Assembly: GCA_038253225.1 (NCBI GenBank) | Contig: JBBSHH010000004.1 | Coordinates: 1 to 50,272 of the forward strand | Reading direction: 5' to 3' | Length of the DNA: 50,272 bases | Origin: Mycobacteriales bacterium | Lineage (GTDB): Bacteria; Actinomycetota; Actinomycetes; JALYNC01 | Shown here: positions 46,104-50,272 of the stretch, piece after piece | How positions within the stretch are numbered: position 1 is the stretch's first letter | How the letters are laid out: every line of letters starts with the position of its first letter | Notes under the pieces: model-generated | What the model was told of the DNA's origin: nothing | The model's database searches: none | Seen by the model: the letters and a program-made list of their open reading frames with translations, nothing else | Made by a program: the position numbers and the translations under genes

Positions 46104-46693
46104 GCGCCGCGATCTCGACCGGGGCCGCCCAGGCCCCCGGCGCGCCCGATCGGGCCGGTACCCGCGCCCGGCCCGCCGCTGCGCGGCTCGGCCTGCGGCT
46201 GGTGCCGGGCAGCTCCAGTCGTCCGGCCAGGGCGCCGTTCGTGCTGGCGGTGCTGACACTGCTCGCCGGGGGGCTGATCGGTCTGCTGCTGCTCAACACC
46301 GTGCTCGCCCAGGACGCCTTTCGGCTGCACGACCTCCAGCGCACTACGGCCCTGCTGACCGATTCCGAGCAGGAGCTCCAGCAGGAGCTGGCGCTGGCGC
46401 AGTCACCCGCCGAACTGGCCCGTCGAGCCACGGCCCTCGGCATGGTTCCCGGCGGCGACGTGACCTTCCGGCGGCTGCCGGACGGCCGGGTGGTGGGTCA
46501 GGTGGCCCCGGCGCCGTTGCCCCCACCACCGGCGCCGGTCGCCAAGCCGGGCGCGAAGCCCACCGCCAAGCCGGGCGCCAAGCCGGGCACCAAGCCCACG
46601 GCCAAGCCCGCCACTAGGCCGCCCACGCGGCCGGCTCCGACCGCCAAGCCGACCACCAAGCCGACCGCCCCGGCCCCCGGCGGGCACCGGTGA
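46100..46693 (+). CDS. ftsL: FtsL-like cell division protein with Pro/Lys/Thr-rich C-terminal tail
   Basis: 197 codons whose ATG overlaps the rsmH stop (ATGA). It has a basic N-terminus, one TM helix ([19 protein letters not shown]), a coiled-coil segment and a KPxAKP-type tail. It occupies the ftsL position in the dcw cluster (equivalent to the Pro-rich Rv2164c). Confidence 0.7.
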   Translation: MSAAISTGAAQAPGAPDRAGTRARPAAARLGLRLVPGSSSRPARAPFVLAVLTLLAGGLIGLLLLNTVLAQDAFRLHDLQRTTALLTDSEQELQQELALAQSPAELARRATALGMVPGGDVTFRRLPDGRVVGQVAPAPLPPPPAPVAKPGAKPTAKPGAKPGTKPTAKPATRPPTRPAPTAKPTTKPTAPAPGGHR

Positions 46694-48540
46694 GTCCACC
46701 GCGTCCACCGGCGCGATACGCGACCGTGCGGCCGCGCCGGGCCACCGCTGCGGCCATCTTGCCGCAGCCCCGGCCGCAGCCCAGGCCGCAGCCCCGGCCG
46801 CCGAGCACGACGCTGGGCAGCCCCGGCCGGCGGCTCACCGCCGGCCTGCTCGGCGTCGGGATGCTGCTCAGCGTCCTTGGTGCCAGGCTGGTCGAGCTGC
46901 AGGGACTCGACGGTTCGGCGTACGCCGCCCGCGCCGCGAAGCAGCGCGAGCGTACGGTCGAGCTGATCGCGGCCCGCGGAGCCATCCTCGACCGCAACGG
47001 CGCTGCGCTGGCGATGAGCGTCGACGCCCGGCTGGTCTTCGCCGACCAGCTGCTGATCCGGCCGGCGGACGCGCTCTCGGTGGCGGCCGAGCTCGGGCCG
47101 CTGCTGGGGCTGCCCGTCGCCACGCTCGCGCCCAAGCTCGTCGCTCACGGCCGCAAGGACAACCGCTACGTCGTGCTCGCGCGTGGGCTGACGCCCTCGG
47201 CCGGTCGCCGGGTGGCTGAGCTGAAGGTCCCCGGCATCGGGGTGGCGGCCGAACCGCGCCGGCTCTACCCCAACGGCAACCTTGCCGGCAACCTGCTCGG
47301 CTGGGTCGGCCGCGACGGGGTGGCACACGCCGGGTTCGAGCGCTGGCAGCGGGCGCTGTTGACCGGCCGCAACGGCGAGCTCGTCGCCGAGGTCGGGCAC
47401 AACGGTCGCCCCATCCCGTCCGGCCAGCACCTCGAGCGGGACCCGGTCCCCGGCCAGGACCTGCAGCTGACCATCGACCGGGACATCCAGTGGAAGGCCC
47501 AGCAGGCGATCGCCGCGCAGGTGACGGCGACCGGGGCGGTCAACGGCTCCGTCATCGTCATGGACCCGCACACCGGCGAGGTCCTGGCCATGGCCACCGC
47601 CCCGACCGTCGATCCCAACGATCCCGCCGCCGCGCCGTTCGACGATCGGTGGAACCGCCCGCTGACGGACGTCTACGAACCCGGCAGCGTCAACAAGGTC
47701 ATCACGGCAGCGGCAGGTCTCGAGCTGAACGCTTTCAACCCGCAAACGCCGTTCACGATCCCGCCGACGCTGCGCCTGGCCGGCAAGACCTTCCACGACG
47801 CCGAGACGCACGGCGTCGAGCGGCTGACGTTCGCCGGCGTGCTGGCCAAGTCCAGCAACATCGGCACGATCCTGGCCAGCCAGCGGATCGGTGCGCAGCG
47901 GCTGTACGGGTTCCTGCGCTCGTTCGGGTTCGGTCAGCCGTCCGGGCTGGGCCTGCCGGGGGAGAGCCGGGGGATCCTGCCGCCGGCCGACCAGTGGAAC
48001 GGCACCCAGCAGTACACGATCCCGTTCGGTCAGGGCCTCTCGGTGACCGCGATGCAGGTGGCGTCGGTGTACGCCACGGTGGCGAACGACGGGGTGCGGG
48101 TGACCCCCACGTTGGTCCGCGGCTCCATCGGAGCGAACGGTGAGCTGCGGCCGGCCGCGCCGCCCAGCAGCCGGCGGGTGATCAGCGTGCGGACCGCCCG
48201 GCAGCTCCGCGACATGCTCGAAGCCGTCACCGGCGTGGAGGGCACCGCGCCCAAGGCCCGGATCGCCGGCTACCGGGTGGCCGGCAAGACCGGGACGGCC
48301 CAGCGAGTCGACTCCGCCTGCCACTGCTACCGCGGTTACACCGCGTCGTTCGTCGGTTTCGCCCCCGCGGACCGGCCCCAGCTGCTGGTGGCGGTGGTGC
48401 TGCAGAACCCGGTTCGCGGTCACTTCGGAGGTTCGGTGGCGGCGCCGGTGTTCCACGACGTGATGACGTTCGCCCTGGAGACCCGCGAGATCCCGCCGAC
48501 CGGCACGCGGCCACCGGTGGTCCGGCTGACGGACCCCTGA
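46690..48540 (+). CDS. ftsI: Class B penicillin-binding protein (FtsI/PBP3-type transpeptidase)
   Basis: 616-aa ORF whose GTG overlaps the ftsL stop. It has an N-terminal TM anchor, a PBP dimerisation domain, and the transpeptidase motifs SxxK (GSVNK), SxN (KSSN) and KTGT. Confidence 0.9.
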   Translation: MSPPRPPARYATVRPRRATAAAILPQPRPQPRPQPRPPSTTLGSPGRRLTAGLLGVGMLLSVLGARLVELQGLDGSAYAARAAKQRERTVELIAARGAILDRNGAALAMSVDARLVFADQLLIRPADALSVAAELGPLLGLPVATLAPKLVAHGRKDNRYVVLARGLTPSAGRRVAELKVPGIGVAAEPRRLYPNGNLAGNLLGWVGRDGVAHAGFERWQRALLTGRNGELVAEVGHNGRPIPSGQHLERDPVPGQDLQLTIDRDIQWKAQQAIAAQVTATGAVNGSVIVMDPHTGEVLAMATAPTVDPNDPAAAPFDDRWNRPLTDVYEPGSVNKVITAAAGLELNAFNPQTPFTIPPTLRLAGKTFHDAETHGVERLTFAGVLAKSSNIGTILASQRIGAQRLYGFLRSFGFGQPSGLGLPGESRGILPPADQWNGTQQYTIPFGQGLSVTAMQVASVYATVANDGVRVTPTLVRGSIGANGELRPAAPPSSRRVISVRTARQLRDMLEAVTGVEGTAPKARIAGYRVAGKTGTAQRVDSACHCYRGYTASFVGFAPADRPQLLVAVVLQNPVRGHFGGSVAAPVFHDVMTFALETREIPPTGTRPPVVRLTDP

Positions 48541-48557
48541 CGGGTAGCCTGCGTTCC

Positions 48558-50120
48558 GTGCCCGCCGACTCCGGCCGCCCCGCGAGCCCGCGTCCGTCGG
48601 CCCCGCCCCCCCAGCCGCTGACCGACCTGGTCCGGCTGCTCGAGCACACCGCCGGCCCCGTGCGGACCCTCGGCCCGACCGGTCCGGTGTCGGTCACCGG
48701 CGTCACGCACGACTCCCGCGCCGTGCGCCCCGGCGATCTCTACGCCGCACTGCCCGGCGCTCACGCGCACGGCGCCCAGTTCGCCGCCGTGGCCGCGCGC
48801 GACGGCGCGGTGGCGATCCTCACCGACCCCGCCGGGGTGATGGCGGCCAGCGTCGCCGGGCTGCCGGTGCTGGTCGTCCCGTCCCCGCGGGCCGTGCTCG
48901 GCGCGGTGTCGCGTTGGGCCTTCGGCGCGCCGGCCGACGACCTGCTGATGCTCGGGGTCACCGGGACCAACGGCAAGACCACGACCACCTATCTCATCGA
49001 GGCCGGCCTGCGCGCGGCCGGCCTCCGCACCGGCCTGGTCGGCACCGTGGAGACACGGATCGACGGCGATGCCGTGCCCAGCGTCCGAACGACGCCGGAG
49101 GCGCCCGATCTGCAGGCGCTGTTCGCGCGGATGCGCGAGTGCGGGGTGGACGCGGTGGCGATGGAGGTCTCCAGCCACGCGCTGGCGCTGGGCCGGGTGG
49201 ACGGCACCCGGTTCGACGTGGGCGTGTTCACGAACCTCTCCCAGGACCACCTGGACTTCCACACCACGATGGCGGCCTACCTCGCCGCCAAGGCCCGGCT
49301 GTTCTCCGGCGGGCTGGCGGCTAGCGCCGTCGTCAACCTCGACGACCCGGCGGGGGCGGAGATCCGGGCCCGGGCGGCCGTGCCCGTCACGACGTTCTCG
49401 GCCGCCGGCGATCCGCGGGCCGACTGGCGGGCGACCGATGTGCGCAGCGGCTCGGCGGGAACCGGGTTCGTGCTGCGCAGCCCGGACGGTCGGGCGCAGC
49501 CGGCCTCGGTCCGGCTGGCCGGAGCGTTCAACCTGAGCAACTCCGTCGCGGCGCTGGCAGCGCTCGGCACCGCCGGAGTTCCGCTGGCCGCCGCCGTGGC
49601 CGGGGTCGCTAGCCTCGTCAGCGTGCCCGGCCGGATGGAGCCGGTCGACACCGGCCAGCCGTTCCTGGCGCTGGTCGACTACGCGCACACCCCGGCCGCA
49701 CTGGCCGCGCTGCTCGCGACGGTCCGGACCCTGGTTCGGGGTCGGATCATCGTGGTGGCCGGCTGCGGCGGCGACCGCGACCGGGACAAGCGGCCGGCGA
49801 TGGGGGCGGCGGCGGCGGCCGGTGCGGACCTGGCGGTGCTCACCAGCGACAACCCGCGGTCGGAGGATCCGACTGCGATCCTCGCGGCGATGACGGCCGG
49901 GGTCGCTGCGGTGCCGGCCGGGCGGCGCGCGGAGGTGCTGGTGGAGACCGACCGCCGGGCCGCGATCGCGCTGGCCGTCGGCCGGGCTCGCCCCGGCGAC
50001 GCCCTCGTGGTCGCCGGCAAGGGTCACGAGCAGGGGCAAGAGGTCGCCGGCCGCCGGGTGCCGTTCGACGACCGCAGCGAGCTGCGGGCGGCGCTGCTGA
50101 CGGCGGGGAGCACGGCGTGA
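48558..50120 (+). CDS. murE: UDP-N-acetylmuramoyl-L-alanyl-D-glutamate--2,6-diaminopimelate ligase
   Basis: 520-aa ORF of the Mur ligase family, with the P-loop GVTGTNGKTTT. The MurE-specific DNPR motif (TSDNPRSEDP) indicates meso-DAP specificity. Confidence 0.95.
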   Translation: MPADSGRPASPRPSAPPPQPLTDLVRLLEHTAGPVRTLGPTGPVSVTGVTHDSRAVRPGDLYAALPGAHAHGAQFAAVAARDGAVAILTDPAGVMAASVAGLPVLVVPSPRAVLGAVSRWAFGAPADDLLMLGVTGTNGKTTTTYLIEAGLRAAGLRTGLVGTVETRIDGDAVPSVRTTPEAPDLQALFARMRECGVDAVAMEVSSHALALGRVDGTRFDVGVFTNLSQDHLDFHTTMAAYLAAKARLFSGGLAASAVVNLDDPAGAEIRARAAVPVTTFSAAGDPRADWRATDVRSGSAGTGFVLRSPDGRAQPASVRLAGAFNLSNSVAALAALGTAGVPLAAAVAGVASLVSVPGRMEPVDTGQPFLALVDYAHTPAALAALLATVRTLVRGRIIVVAGCGGDRDRDKRPAMGAAAAAGADLAVLTSDNPRSEDPTAILAAMTAGVAAVPAGRRAEVLVETDRRAAIALAVGRARPGDALVVAGKGHEQGQEVAGRRVPFDDRSELRAALLTAGSTA

Positions 50121-50272
50121 TCCCGCTGTCCCTGGCCGAGGTCGCCGCGGCCGTGGGTGGCCGGCTCGACCGGGCCGACCCGGCGACCTCGCTGACCGGA
50201 CCGGTGGTCATCGACTCGCGAGATGCCACGGCCGGCTCGCTGTTCGTGGCGCTCCGCGGCACCCGCACCGAC
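50117..50272 (+). CDS. murF: UDP-N-acetylmuramoyl-tripeptide--D-alanyl-D-alanine ligase (5' fragment, runs off the window)
   Basis: The GTG at 50117 overlaps the murE stop (GTGA). The N-terminus IPLSLAEVAAAVGGRL...VVIDSRDATAGSLFVAL is typical of MurF, and the dcw gene order supports the call. Confidence 0.8.
   Translation, partial: MIPLSLAEVAAAVGGRLDRADPATSLTGPVVIDSRDATAGSLFVALRGTRTD

Noticed and set aside
46505-46693. The Pro/Lys/Thr/Ala-rich repetitive tail of FtsL ([22 protein letters not shown]...).
   Set aside because: I noticed it as a repeat, but Pro-rich tails are normal for the FtsL-position protein of actinobacteria (e.g. the Pro-rich Rv2164c). It is not reported as unusual.
46498-50039. 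652-aa and 539-aa minus-strand ORFs.
   Set aside because: They are antisense shadows of ftsI and murE, both of which have unambiguous motifs on the plus strand.

Overview
Very GC-rich (by eye well above 70 %) actinobacterial chromosomal segment lying just upstream of, and running into, the division/cell-wall (dcw) cluster: mraZ-rsmH-ftsL-ftsI-murE-murF at the 3' end. The backbone gene order resembles the mycobacterial Rv2176-Rv2157c region: a Ser/Thr kinase, an Rv2175c-like HTH protein, GGPP synthase, metF, a GNAT, DUF3040, then mraZ onward. Several modules are interleaved with this backbone. (1) A sugar-uptake locus (solute-binding protein, LacI regulator, secreted protein). (2) Thiamine genes: thiO-thiS-thiG behind a clear TPP riboswitch, and thiE. 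(3) A split carotenoid cluster: crtE-crtI, an inserted DUF559 gene, crtB, and crtYc/crtYd, plus a second seven-gene tailoring operon (CrtD-like, GT2, CruF, CrtO-like, GNAT, CrtA-like, lipoprotein). (4) The most unusual part: a cassette fronted by a perfect LexA box, encoding DUF6504, a HEPN protein with an Rx4H motif, a DnaE-type polymerase with a degenerate PHP domain, a SAM methyltransferase and DinB, with no ImuA'/ImuB. (5) The MoxR/DUF58/transglutaminase trio. Smaller signals: a phased GTGG repeat array (candidate MraZ operator); GTCACA direct repeats upstream of a LysM-transglycosylase gene; two about 120-bp inverted-repeat-bounded elements bracketing the DUF559 gene; a 15-bp x6 in-frame tandem repeat inside a small membrane ORF between mraZ and rsmH; and a 16-bp intergenic tandem repeat. 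No rRNA, tRNA, CRISPR array or transposase was recognised. Many long ORFs in the track are antisense or frame-shadow artefacts of the high GC content. All family assignments come from reading motifs by eye; no database search was run.
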